A stretch of 64,000 nucleotides of DNA from Dehalogenimonas sp. (GTDB lineage: Bacteria; Chloroflexota; Dehalococcoidia; Dehalococcoidales; Dehalococcoidaceae): positions 471,927 through 535,926 of the forward strand of contig CP139473.1 of assembly GCA_050859015.1 (NCBI GenBank), given 5' to 3'. The translations under genes and the position numbers were made by a program. Positions 1 to 8,188 of this stretch are shown piece by piece. Under the pieces are notes generated by a model. The model was given only the letters and a program-made list of their open reading frames with translations, was not told the origin of the DNA and did no database searches. Each line of letters opens with the position of its first letter. The stretch's first letter is position 1.

Positions 1-833
1 GCCTTCAAGGCAAAAATATTGATTGCGCCGAGACCGAGCCCGATAAGCCAGGTCAAACGCAGCATGTCCCGCCATGTCAATCTGGCGGTGACGTTGTCGA
101 CCATCACGACAGCAAACCAGGCCGCCAGAGCCAGCAGAATGCCCCACCCCAGCCAGAACAGCGAGATCACTGCCAGCACCAGTACCAGTTCAAAGGTATG
201 GGCGATCTCGATTATCGCCAGTTCCCGGCCGCTGTATTCGGTCATCACCCCTTTGACGATCTCCTGGTGGCCGTGTTCGGATGCGGCGATATCGAACGGC
301 GATTTGCGCATAATGATGATTAGGGCGACGATGATGGCAAGAAAGACCGGCCATAACGCTGGCAGTAGTGCGCCATCAATTCCAGAGATCATGAAAGTAC
401 CGGTTTTAATATAGATCGCTATAGCGACAAGTAACAGGATCGGCTCGTAAGCCAGTATTTGCAACAGCTCGCGGTTGGCCCCGGCGTGGCTGTAAGGGGA
501 TTTAACGCTGAAGGCGCCGACGATCAGGAAAATATCAGCCACACCGAGGAGCAGGATGAGATACAACAAATCTTGCCTCCACGCGAACATGATCGTCGCT
601 GCAAGGATGAAACCCAGGTATCCCCACACCGCCATAACCTGGAAGCCACTGGCGGGAGCTGATTGCTTGCCCAACAGCTTGAGGATATCGTAAACCGGTT
701 GTAATAGCGGCGGTCCGACTCGTCCCTGCATCCTCGCAGAAATCCGGCGGTCGAAACCGCGCAAAAGACTTCCGACAATGGCGGGGATCAATATAGCCGC
801 GATTACGGCCAGGACGTTCTGCCAGAAGCTCAT
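1..833 (-). CDS. Membrane subunit of an energy-converting [NiFe] hydrogenase / complex-I-type module, NuoH/HyfC/EchB-like (3' end leaves the window)
   Basis: Absent from the ORF track because it runs off the edge. My minus-strand translation from the ATG at 833-831 gives MSFWQNVLAVIAAILIPAIVGSLLRGFDRRISARMQGRVGPPLLQPVYDILKLLGK..., which is polytopic and NuoH/HyfC-like. The start forms an ATGA overlap with the stop of the upstream gene (830-832). Confidence 0.75.
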   Translation of the reverse strand, partial: MSFWQNVLAVIAAILIPAIVGSLLRGFDRRISARMQGRVGPPLLQPVYDILKLLGKQSAPASGFQVMAVWGYLGFILAATIMFAWRQDLLYLILLLGVADIFLIVGAFSVKSPYSHAGANRELLQILAYEPILLLVAIAIYIKTGTFMISGIDGALLPALWPVFLAIIVALIIIMRKSPFDIAASEHGHQEIVKGVMTEYSGRELAIIEIAHTFELVLVLAVISLFWLGWGILLALAAWFAVVMVDNVTARLTWRDMLRLTWLIGLGLGAINIFALK

Positions 834-2764
834 AGCACCAGCACCGCCACGATACTTAGGACCAGGACCCCGAGGCCGATTTTTTGAAGATTACTTTCGA
901 ATCCTGTAGAAAAGACGCTGAGAAAATAGCTGCTGCCCAGTTTGAGTTCGGTTTCGCCGTCCGCCACTGCATTAAAGGCAGTTGTTGAGGATGAACAGTT
1001 TTCGCCGCACATATAGGCGGGTATGGTGCTTGTTTTGGTTTTTCTGGTTCTCAATACGATCAAACCGATGGCGATCAAAAGCAGGAAAATCGACCAGATG
1101 GCAAACACTCCGATACCTGTTTGGAAGTTAAAGCTTGAGGTGGTAAATGCAGCTGGGAACGCGGCGGAAAGGATCGGAGATATGAACCCGCTAAACAATT
1201 GGCTGAAAAACAGACTCAGAGTGACAGCTCCGGCAAGGAGCACCAATACCGGCAGGTGATACAACGTCGAGAAATGCTCGCGTGCCGGCACTGGTTGACC
1301 CGGCGTTTGGGTGAACATTCTGCCAAGCCATTTAGCCCAGAAAACGATGGTGAAACTGGAACCGATGACCAGGAGTACAACCGCAATCGGGAGGAGCAAT
1401 CCCGATGTTGCCCCGGCAGATTCGAGCGCCGCCCATTTGCCAATAACCATGCCGAACGGCGCAAAGACCATGGTCACGATGGCGGCAATGACGATGAAGC
1501 TGATCATCGGCCGGCGGTAGACCAGCCCCTGCATATCTTCGATATTCCGGCTGCCGATGCCGTGGTCGATAATGCCGACTCCAAGGAAGAGCAGTGCTTT
1601 TGAAACTGCGTGAAACACCGTTATCGCCAGGGCCGCCGTTATGGCTATCGGGGTGTTGATGCCGGCGCACATGATTATGAGACCGAGATTGGATATCGTC
1701 GAAAGGGCCAGGACTCGCTTGGATTCGCTCTGGCTGAGCGCCATTGCTGCCGCGGCGGTGAAAGTAAAACCGCCGAGGATGACCGCCGCCGACGACAACG
1801 CCGTGCCTTCGAAACCCGGCGCCATCCGCAGGATCAGGTAAACGCCTGCTTTGACCATGGTGCTGGAATGCAGTAACGCTGAAACGGGTACCGGAGCCAC
1901 CATGGCGCCCAACAGCCACGTGTGGAAAGGCACCTGGGCGGCTTTAATGAAGGAAGCCAGGAACAGACAAGCCATGGGGAACATCAGCACCGTTGCGCCG
2001 TTGTTGATCAGGCCTTGCAGGGAAACGCTATCCAACTGGCTGTTGGCGTAGATAATTCCGGCGATCAAGCCCAGCCCGCCGAGAAGGTTCATCCACAGGG
2101 CGCGGAAGGCGTTATTTACTGCCTCCGGTGTTTCTTCGTGGCGGATCAGGGCATAGCAGCAAAGGGTGGTAATCTCCCAGAAGAAGTACAACCAGCGCAT
2201 ATTATCGGCAAAAACGATGCCGTTCATAGCTCCCAGCAGAATGACCATGAAGAAGAAAAAGGTATTCTGCCGGGTGCGGCTCAGGCTTTTGTGGTTTTCG
2301 TGGTCTGCCATATAACGCAGCGCGTAGACGCAGATAAGACCGCCGATGATTGAGATTATCAGGCTCATCAGCACCGATAAATGATCGATGAAGAACACCG
2401 GCGCTGAAGACTCTGCCGTTTGGAACTGGAGGTACAATGCCAGGATGATCTGCGCCGATACCAGGCCGATGACCAACAGGTTCCGGGTCTGGCGTCCGTT
2501 TCTCCGGTAATCGTTGATACCGGCATACAGGAAATAGCCGAGTAGGATGAAATCGAAGATGGTGACAAGTGTTTCCCAGTAAGAGGCCGCATTAAGGTTC
2601 AAGGGAAAATCGCCGGAAATAGCGAGGCCGATTGAAGCAACTGCGACAACGAGGGAAACGCAGAAGACCAGGATGGCGAGGGCGGAACGGTTACGCCCGA
2701 TTGCAAGGCAAAGGGCGCCGGTGATAAAAGGGGCCAGGATTAACAGCCCGATGAGTAGTGGCAC
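830..2764 (-). CDS. Proton-pumping antiporter-like membrane subunit (NuoL/HyfB/EchA-like) of an energy-converting hydrogenase
   Basis: The 649-aa ORF is highly hydrophobic with many TM helices and typical NuoL/Mrp-type motifs (WLLGAMVAPVPVSALLHSSTMVKAGVYL). I prefer the GTG start at 2764, preceded by AGGAG, over the TTG at 2779. It is translationally coupled to the next gene. Confidence 0.8.
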   Translation of the reverse strand: MPLLIGLLILAPFITGALCLAIGRNRSALAILVFCVSLVVAVASIGLAISGDFPLNLNAASYWETLVTIFDFILLGYFLYAGINDYRRNGRQTRNLLVIGLVSAQIILALYLQFQTAESSAPVFFIDHLSVLMSLIISIIGGLICVYALRYMADHENHKSLSRTRQNTFFFFMVILLGAMNGIVFADNMRWLYFFWEITTLCCYALIRHEETPEAVNNAFRALWMNLLGGLGLIAGIIYANSQLDSVSLQGLINNGATVLMFPMACLFLASFIKAAQVPFHTWLLGAMVAPVPVSALLHSSTMVKAGVYLILRMAPGFEGTALSSAAVILGGFTFTAAAAMALSQSESKRVLALSTISNLGLIIMCAGINTPIAITAALAITVFHAVSKALLFLGVGIIDHGIGSRNIEDMQGLVYRRPMISFIVIAAIVTMVFAPFGMVIGKWAALESAGATSGLLLPIAVVLLVIGSSFTIVFWAKWLGRMFTQTPGQPVPAREHFSTLYHLPVLVLLAGAVTLSLFFSQLFSGFISPILSAAFPAAFTTSSFNFQTGIGVFAIWSIFLLLIAIGLIVLRTRKTKTSTIPAYMCGENCSSSTTAFNAVADGETELKLGSSYFLSVFSTGFESNLQKIGLGVLVLSIVAVLVL

Positions 2765-2880
2765 TCCCGCTCCTAACAAATGCCCAAATGGTGACCCTTG
2801 TAACTGAAATGTAAGAGATTATGGCCGTCAGAATAATTTTTGTCAACAATAAGTGAAAGAATGTAACTTTTATGAATTTT

Positions 2881-3903
2881 TCAGGCAATAGTATCCGGAA
2901 CAACTACAACCTTCAAAGATTTATCCGCCCCTGACACCAGCCCGAAGCCTTCGACGATTTTAGAGAGGGGCACCCGATGGCTGATCATCTTCTTTGCGTC
3001 GAATCGATTGGTCGCGATCAATTCGAGAGATTCCTTGATTTCGTCCGTTGCGGCTCCATAGGAGAAGAGCACGGAGATCTCCTCCCGCCAGAAACGCACC
3101 GATGGCAATTCCAGGGGCTTTTGAGGGACGGCGAAAAAGAGGATGGTACCGCGTTTATCCACCGAGGCAATGGCGTCGGCTACAGCTTTATCGGCGCCGG
3201 CACAGACTATGACCGTCTCCGCCAGCCGCCCGTTGTTGGCTTTCTTGAGTTCATCAGTCGAGTAGTGGGCGGCGTTGATAGTGACATCGGCGCCTAATTC
3301 TGCGGCTTTGCCCAGCCGGAAATCGTTGATGTCGGTGGCAATGATCCTTGCGCCCGCGGCCGTGGCTAGTTGTACATGACATAATCCTGAGATACCTGAA
3401 CCGACGATCAAAACGGTTTGCCCTTTGCGGATATTGAGCCGCTTCTGCCCGGATACCACGCAGGCCAGCGGCTCGATCATCGCCGCCTCTTCAAAACTCA
3501 CGCTGCCGGGCAGGTGGAACGTGCCGTATTTAACATTTATCTCCGGGATTCGAATGAATTCGGCAAAACCGCCGGGGTCATAATTGCCGGTGTGCAGCGT
3601 CTCGCAGGCGCTTTCCCGGCCGGTGGCACAATAGTGGCAGTCGAAGCAGGGGACATGGTGAGACACGAAAACTCGCTCGCCGATATGGTAACCGGTGACT
3701 CCCTCGCCGACTTGGACGATCTCCCCGGCCATCTCGTGACCCAGGACGCGGGGAGCCTTGGGCTTACGGTACCACTCCATGACATCGGTGCCGCAGATGC
3801 CGCAGGCTTTCATTTTGACGAGGATTTCACCTCGACCGATTTGAGGCACCGGCTTCTCTTCAATGCGGATATCCGTATTGGAGTAATAAACAGCGACTTT
3901 CAT
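2881..3903 (-). CDS. Zinc-dependent medium-chain alcohol/polyol dehydrogenase (threonine/sorbitol dehydrogenase family)
   Basis: CGICGTD and GHEMAGEIVQVGEGV zinc-ligand motifs, a structural-zinc Cys cluster (CFDCHYC) and a GSGISG Rossmann motif. Confidence 0.9.
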   Translation of the reverse strand: MKVAVYYSNTDIRIEEKPVPQIGRGEILVKMKACGICGTDVMEWYRKPKAPRVLGHEMAGEIVQVGEGVTGYHIGERVFVSHHVPCFDCHYCATGRESACETLHTGNYDPGGFAEFIRIPEINVKYGTFHLPGSVSFEEAAMIEPLACVVSGQKRLNIRKGQTVLIVGSGISGLCHVQLATAAGARIIATDINDFRLGKAAELGADVTINAAHYSTDELKKANNGRLAETVIVCAGADKAVADAIASVDKRGTILFFAVPQKPLELPSVRFWREEISVLFSYGAATDEIKESLELIATNRFDAKKMISHRVPLSKIVEGFGLVSGADKSLKVVVVPDTIA

Positions 3904-3921
3904 CTGTGTTTCGCCGTTACA

Positions 3922-4647
3922 TTATTTGAACTCGATCGCAGCATCAGCATCTTTGGGCAGAGTTATGTTCACCGGTTCGTTAATTCTGCTAAACGTAGAA
4001 TCTAAGTTTACTGTAATGGTTCCATACTTCTGGGCAAAAGCCACTTCAAAGTGATGACGTACTGGCGTATATTCCAATTTATCTACCCAAACAAAAATAT
4101 CAGTTTGTTTAATCGTTAGTTCGGGATTATTTAATCCTGTATCGTTTATTTCTTTAAATATACTTAAAAACTTTAGCAGATTGCATTTATTCGGTGTCAC
4201 TCTCACCTTGAGACACACTACACCCTGGGTTGATTCTTCTCCCAAGAGTTCCACAAGAGCGAGATCAAGATAAGTTTGAACCTGCTGATTAATATTTACG
4301 AATTTCGCAATTTCAAGTATGTTATCATTCGGTATTTTCCTCCAGTACCATGTTTTGCGATTCATTTCGCGATTGTTTGACTTGAAATAATTAAGTTCTC
4401 CGATGAAATAGTCTTGGGATGATTGCTTGAATTTCTGTGTACCAGTTGTCTTTAACTCTTCTTTTAGATGGATTTTGTTGTTTGGGATGTCGACCCATGC
4501 TTGAATTTCTCTTTCGAAAGTAGAAACACCAAGAACTGAAGAGTTAATGATGGTTATTTTTTGTTTGGATTCGTATGAATCGTTTGTTGGCGCAGCACCG
4601 ATTAAGTTTCGGATAGATTTGACCAATGGACTATTTGAATCGATCAT
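3922..4647 (-). CDS. Hypothetical protein, conspicuously AT-rich
   Basis: Uninterrupted 241-aa ORF lying 4 nt downstream of the aldolase gene and 18 nt upstream of the ADH gene. I recognise no motif. Composition is clearly lower in GC than both neighbours. Confidence 0.6.
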   Translation of the reverse strand: MIDSNSPLVKSIRNLIGAAPTNDSYESKQKITIINSSVLGVSTFEREIQAWVDIPNNKIHLKEELKTTGTQKFKQSSQDYFIGELNYFKSNNREMNRKTWYWRKIPNDNILEIAKFVNINQQVQTYLDLALVELLGEESTQGVVCLKVRVTPNKCNLLKFLSIFKEINDTGLNNPELTIKQTDIFVWVDKLEYTPVRHHFEVAFAQKYGTITVNLDSTFSRINEPVNITLPKDADAAIEFK

Positions 4648-4651
4648 GTTT

Positions 4652-5425
4652 CTATCCCTGATAAACTCTGAACGCTTCCTCTGCCGTCACCCCTCCGTGG
4701 ACGATTGCCTTTACTGCTTTAATCATTCCCGCCGGATTGGTTGACTGGAAGATGTTGCGGCCCATATCCACCCCCGCTGCCCCAGCCTTGATTGCATTTT
4801 CGGTCATCTGCAAAGCTTCCAGTTCCGGCATCTTCTTGCCGCCGGCAATGACGATGGGAACGGGACATCCTGCCACTACCTTCTGGAAGTCGTCGCAATA
4901 ATAGGTTTTGACAATGCGAGCCCCAGCTTCCGCGGCGATGCGACAGGCCAACCCTAAATAGCGCGCGTCGCGGCCCATTTCCTTACCTACAGCTGTCACA
5001 GCCATAACCGGTAAGCCGTACCTCTCAGCCTCGTTCACCAACTTGCCCAAAGCGGTAATAGTCAGGTTCTCATCGGGAGCGCCAACAAAGATGGACATGC
5101 CAACAGCGGAGACGTTCAACCGCAGTGCTTCTTCGACCGAAACGGTGACCTCCTCGCGGGAGAGTTCGCCGAGGATGCTCGTTCCGCCGGAAACCCGCAG
5201 GCAGGCTGAAGCGTTGATTGACGGGCTGATGCAGCTCCGCAGCATGCCCCGGGTGATGAAAACGCAGTCAGCCTCGCCGACAAGTGGCGGAATGCAGGCG
5301 CCAAACTCCGCCAACCCGGTCGTCGGTCCCTGGAAATATCCGTGGTCGACAGCCAGCATTACAGTTCGGCCGTCCTTTTGGAAAATGCGGGAAAGGCGGT
5401 TACCCATACCAAAATCCATATGCAC
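4652..5425 (-). CDS. Class I aldolase of the DhnA/FbaB/LsrF family (fructose-bisphosphate aldolase or ADH-synthase-like)
   Basis: MLAVDHGYFQGP..., VKTYY, IAGG and GRNIFQ motifs are typical of the DeoC/LacD-type TIM-barrel class I aldolases. Confidence 0.8.
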   Translation of the reverse strand: MHMDFGMGNRLSRIFQKDGRTVMLAVDHGYFQGPTTGLAEFGACIPPLVGEADCVFITRGMLRSCISPSINASACLRVSGGTSILGELSREEVTVSVEEALRLNVSAVGMSIFVGAPDENLTITALGKLVNEAERYGLPVMAVTAVGKEMGRDARYLGLACRIAAEAGARIVKTYYCDDFQKVVAGCPVPIVIAGGKKMPELEALQMTENAIKAGAAGVDMGRNIFQSTNPAGMIKAVKAIVHGGVTAEEAFRVYQG

Positions 5426-5573
5426 GCTCCTGGCGAAGTATCGAAGTAAGTATAGGTAAACGACAGTGAGGTGACAAGTGATTGTTAAGCGGGTTGCAAG
5501 AAATTTTGAGATACTTTATTGTGGCACAGAGAGGTACCTGAGATTGGAAGAACAGACCAAACCGAAAACGACG

Positions 5574-6089
5574 ATGATTCTTGGTGCGGGCAACATTGCC
5601 GCGGGAGACGAAGGTTTTGGCGTTCATGTGGCAAGACGCTTAGCCAAATCTGATTTGCCGGTTGATGTTCGTGTCCTGGAAGGCGGAGTAGGCGGATTTG
5701 ACCTATTGGGCCACCTGGAAGGAGTGGACCGACTTATAGTTGTCGACATTATGGCTTTGGAAAAACCAGCAGGAGAGTTGTTCTTTTTCAAACCAGGAGG
5801 GACTTCGATCGAACCAGGGAAAAAGGTGGTCTCCTTTCACCAGGTTGGAATCCTTGAGCTTATCCAGATCGCTTCGGTGATCGGCTATACTCCTAAGGTA
5901 TTTTTCCTGGTCACTCCCCCTGAAACATTGGAATGGAGCTTTGACCTATCGGCGCCCCTTTCCAAAGCAGCCAATGCAGCAGCGGATTTTTTGTTAAACA
6001 TGATTAAAGATAATTTCGCTGGTCTAAAGGAATACGTCACCCCTTTCCCGACGATCTATTCAATTAGTACTATGCAAACGGATCTCTAA
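5574..6089 (+). CDS. [NiFe] hydrogenase maturation endopeptidase (HycI/HybD/FrhD family)
   Basis: MILGAGNIAAGDEGFGVHVARRL..., VVD and SFHQ fit the Glu/Asp-Asp-His metal-ligand pattern of this family. The internal ATG at 5574 fits the family N-terminus better than the GTG at 5478. Confidence 0.8.
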   Translation: MILGAGNIAAGDEGFGVHVARRLAKSDLPVDVRVLEGGVGGFDLLGHLEGVDRLIVVDIMALEKPAGELFFFKPGGTSIEPGKKVVSFHQVGILELIQIASVIGYTPKVFFLVTPPETLEWSFDLSAPLSKAANAAADFLLNMIKDNFAGLKEYVTPFPTIYSISTMQTDL

Positions 6090-6095
6090 TAAAAG

Positions 6096-7148
6096 CTATA
6101 GCTTACTGACATTGTTGCTGCCGAAATTTACAACCCAGATATTGGCGCCATCGAAGCAGATTGACCTCGGGTTAGCTCCCACAATATAGATACCAACAGG
6201 GAGACCATCGCTTGCCCTGAATTGGTTGACGCTGTTATTAAGGTCATTTGCGACCCATATACTTTGACCGTCAAAACACACTGCCGTCGGATTACTGACG
6301 TTATAAGTTCCCACGACGCCACCGTCTATCGCCCGAACTTTAGATATGGTATTGCTTCCATAATTCCCGAGCCAAAGGTTCGTACCATCAAAACAGATCG
6401 AACGCGGATTAGTCCCTACACTATAGGTTCCCAGTATGGTACCGTCGCTCGCCCTGATTTTATTCACGTTGTTGCTGCCATCATTTGCAACCCAGATATT
6501 GGTTCCGTCAAAACAGATTGCCTTGGGATTGGTACCTACGTTATAGGTACCTAAGACCACTCCATTGTTGGCTTTGATTTTAGTCACATTGTTACTTGCG
6601 GCATTTGCCACCCAAATATTGGCTCCGTCGAAACAAACACCAGAGGGGCTTGAGCCAACTGTGAAAGTGTTCACAATGGAACCGTTATTGGCGGCAATCT
6701 TGCTCACGCTATTGTTGCCATGAGCTACCCAGATGTTAGCTCCATCAAAACACATCGCGATCGGAGAGGACCCGACAGCGTAATTACCTAAGTAGAGTCC
6801 ATCGTTGGCTCTGAATTTGGTCAAAGTGCCGGCAACGGAATTGGCTACCCAGATGTTTGCTCCATCGAAACATGCCGAAGTTGGGGAGGTACCAACGGAA
6901 TATGCGATGCCAGATTGGTTTGCCTCCCACCATCGCTGGAGCGCGATATCCGTCAGGTTCACAGAACCGCCGGCGGGCCCCTGTGGGCCGGTGGCTCCTG
7001 TATCGCCTTTTGGTCCCTGAGGACCCGTCTCTCCCTGGGCGCCTTGTGATCCTGCGCAACCTATAGAGCCGACAATCAGGAGGCTAAGCAGGCATAAAAT
7101 CCCAACTGCTCTCACAAATGATTTCGATAGGTGGGTATATTTAAACAT
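6096..7148 (-). CDS. Secreted lipoprotein with a collagen-like G-X-Y segment followed by seven ~41-aa beta-propeller-type repeats
   Basis: The signal peptide with lipobox (LLIVGSIGC) begins at the ATG at 7148. It is followed by GAQGETGPQGPKGDTGATGPQGPAGG, then seven copies of the CFDG(A/T)NIWVAN...G.Y.VG..P repeat. Confidence 0.75.
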   Translation of the reverse strand: MFKYTHLSKSFVRAVGILCLLSLLIVGSIGCAGSQGAQGETGPQGPKGDTGATGPQGPAGGSVNLTDIALQRWWEANQSGIAYSVGTSPTSACFDGANIWVANSVAGTLTKFRANDGLYLGNYAVGSSPIAMCFDGANIWVAHGNNSVSKIAANNGSIVNTFTVGSSPSGVCFDGANIWVANAASNNVTKIKANNGVVLGTYNVGTNPKAICFDGTNIWVANDGSNNVNKIRASDGTILGTYSVGTNPRSICFDGTNLWLGNYGSNTISKVRAIDGGVVGTYNVSNPTAVCFDGQSIWVANDLNNSVNQFRASDGLPVGIYIVGANPRSICFDGANIWVVNFGSNNVSKL

Positions 7149-7310
7149 GGTTATTCCGGTTTGCCTCCATTTGTACAATATTACACAGGGTATTATTAGA
7201 CGGGAGAAGCGAAAATTTGAATCACCAATAAGTCCCGTTTCGGGTGAACTTAAGTACCATCGGAATCGTTCAATCAATAAAGCGCAAGATTAGCAGGTGG
7301 TTCTCAAATC

Positions 7311-8165
7311 TTACTTCAAATTCAACGTTGGGATGCCTTGAAAAGGCAATCCCAGTTTCTTTATAAGATCTCCCGCATTTCTGGGCGCATACGCTTTCCA
7401 GTGATTGTTGAAAAACACAAAAGTCTGCTTGGCGGTAGCAGCCAACTTCCTTACCCGACCAGCCAATTCTTCGGCTTCTTCTGGCGAGTACAGATAGCGA
7501 TATCGCGTTTCGTTATTACCGGTCCACCAGTCCGTTGCGTTCCGGCCGTGGAACCTGAAATAGGCGAGCTTGGTGGAAGTAGCCGGCAATTCCCGGGCGA
7601 TAGAGGAGCTAAACTTAGGTTCATCAATCTGAACCCAGGCAGCATTATAGGTTGAAAGGAGGGTGGCTGTAGCCGGATCGTCGCTCCAGCTTTTGTGCCG
7701 CAACTCAATCGCTATCGGATAATCGCCGAATGTCTGGAGAACCGCCTCGAGGGTCTGGCGGCCGAATCCATCGTTCTCGAAGCTGGGTGGAAACTGCGCC
7801 AATACTGCTCCCAGCTTCCCCGCCCGTGAGATCGGCTCGATTCCTTTCAAATACAAGTCAACATCGTCTCGTGAGATGGCCGCTGTTTCGCCGGTAGCCG
7901 CTTCGAACATCTTCGGGTGGGTGAACTTCTGCCACAGCTTGGCAGTAAAAAGGAAATCATCAGGGGTTTTTCTGGCCCAGCTTTCCGCCCAGGCCGGATT
8001 GATCGGAGAATAAAACGACGAGTTGATCTCGACGCAGTTAAAAAACTGGCTGTAATAACCAAGCTCATTTTTAGTCCCGGGCGGGTAGAAGTAGCCGTTC
8101 CAGGTCCCTTCGCCCCGGGGATAGCTCCAACCCGAAGTGCCGATACAGTATTGAGCCATGCACAA
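7311..8165 (-). CDS. DUF72 (YecE/UPF0759) family protein
   Basis: The N-terminal IGTSGWSYPRGEGTWNGYFYP, plus FFNCVEINSSFY and YFRFHGRN, are hallmark DUF72 motifs. Confidence 0.85.
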   Translation of the reverse strand: MCMAQYCIGTSGWSYPRGEGTWNGYFYPPGTKNELGYYSQFFNCVEINSSFYSPINPAWAESWARKTPDDFLFTAKLWQKFTHPKMFEAATGETAAISRDDVDLYLKGIEPISRAGKLGAVLAQFPPSFENDGFGRQTLEAVLQTFGDYPIAIELRHKSWSDDPATATLLSTYNAAWVQIDEPKFSSSIARELPATSTKLAYFRFHGRNATDWWTGNNETRYRYLYSPEEAEELAGRVRKLAATAKQTFVFFNNHWKAYAPRNAGDLIKKLGLPFQGIPTLNLK

Positions 8166-8188
8166 ATTCTAACACTCCCAGCAAGAGG

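Noticed and set aside
19-662. Plus-strand ORFs 19..414 and 459..662 at the left edge
   Set aside because: The minus strand here encodes a convincing NuoH/HyfC/EchB-like membrane protein that is translationally coupled to the upstream gene. The plus-strand ORFs are shadows.
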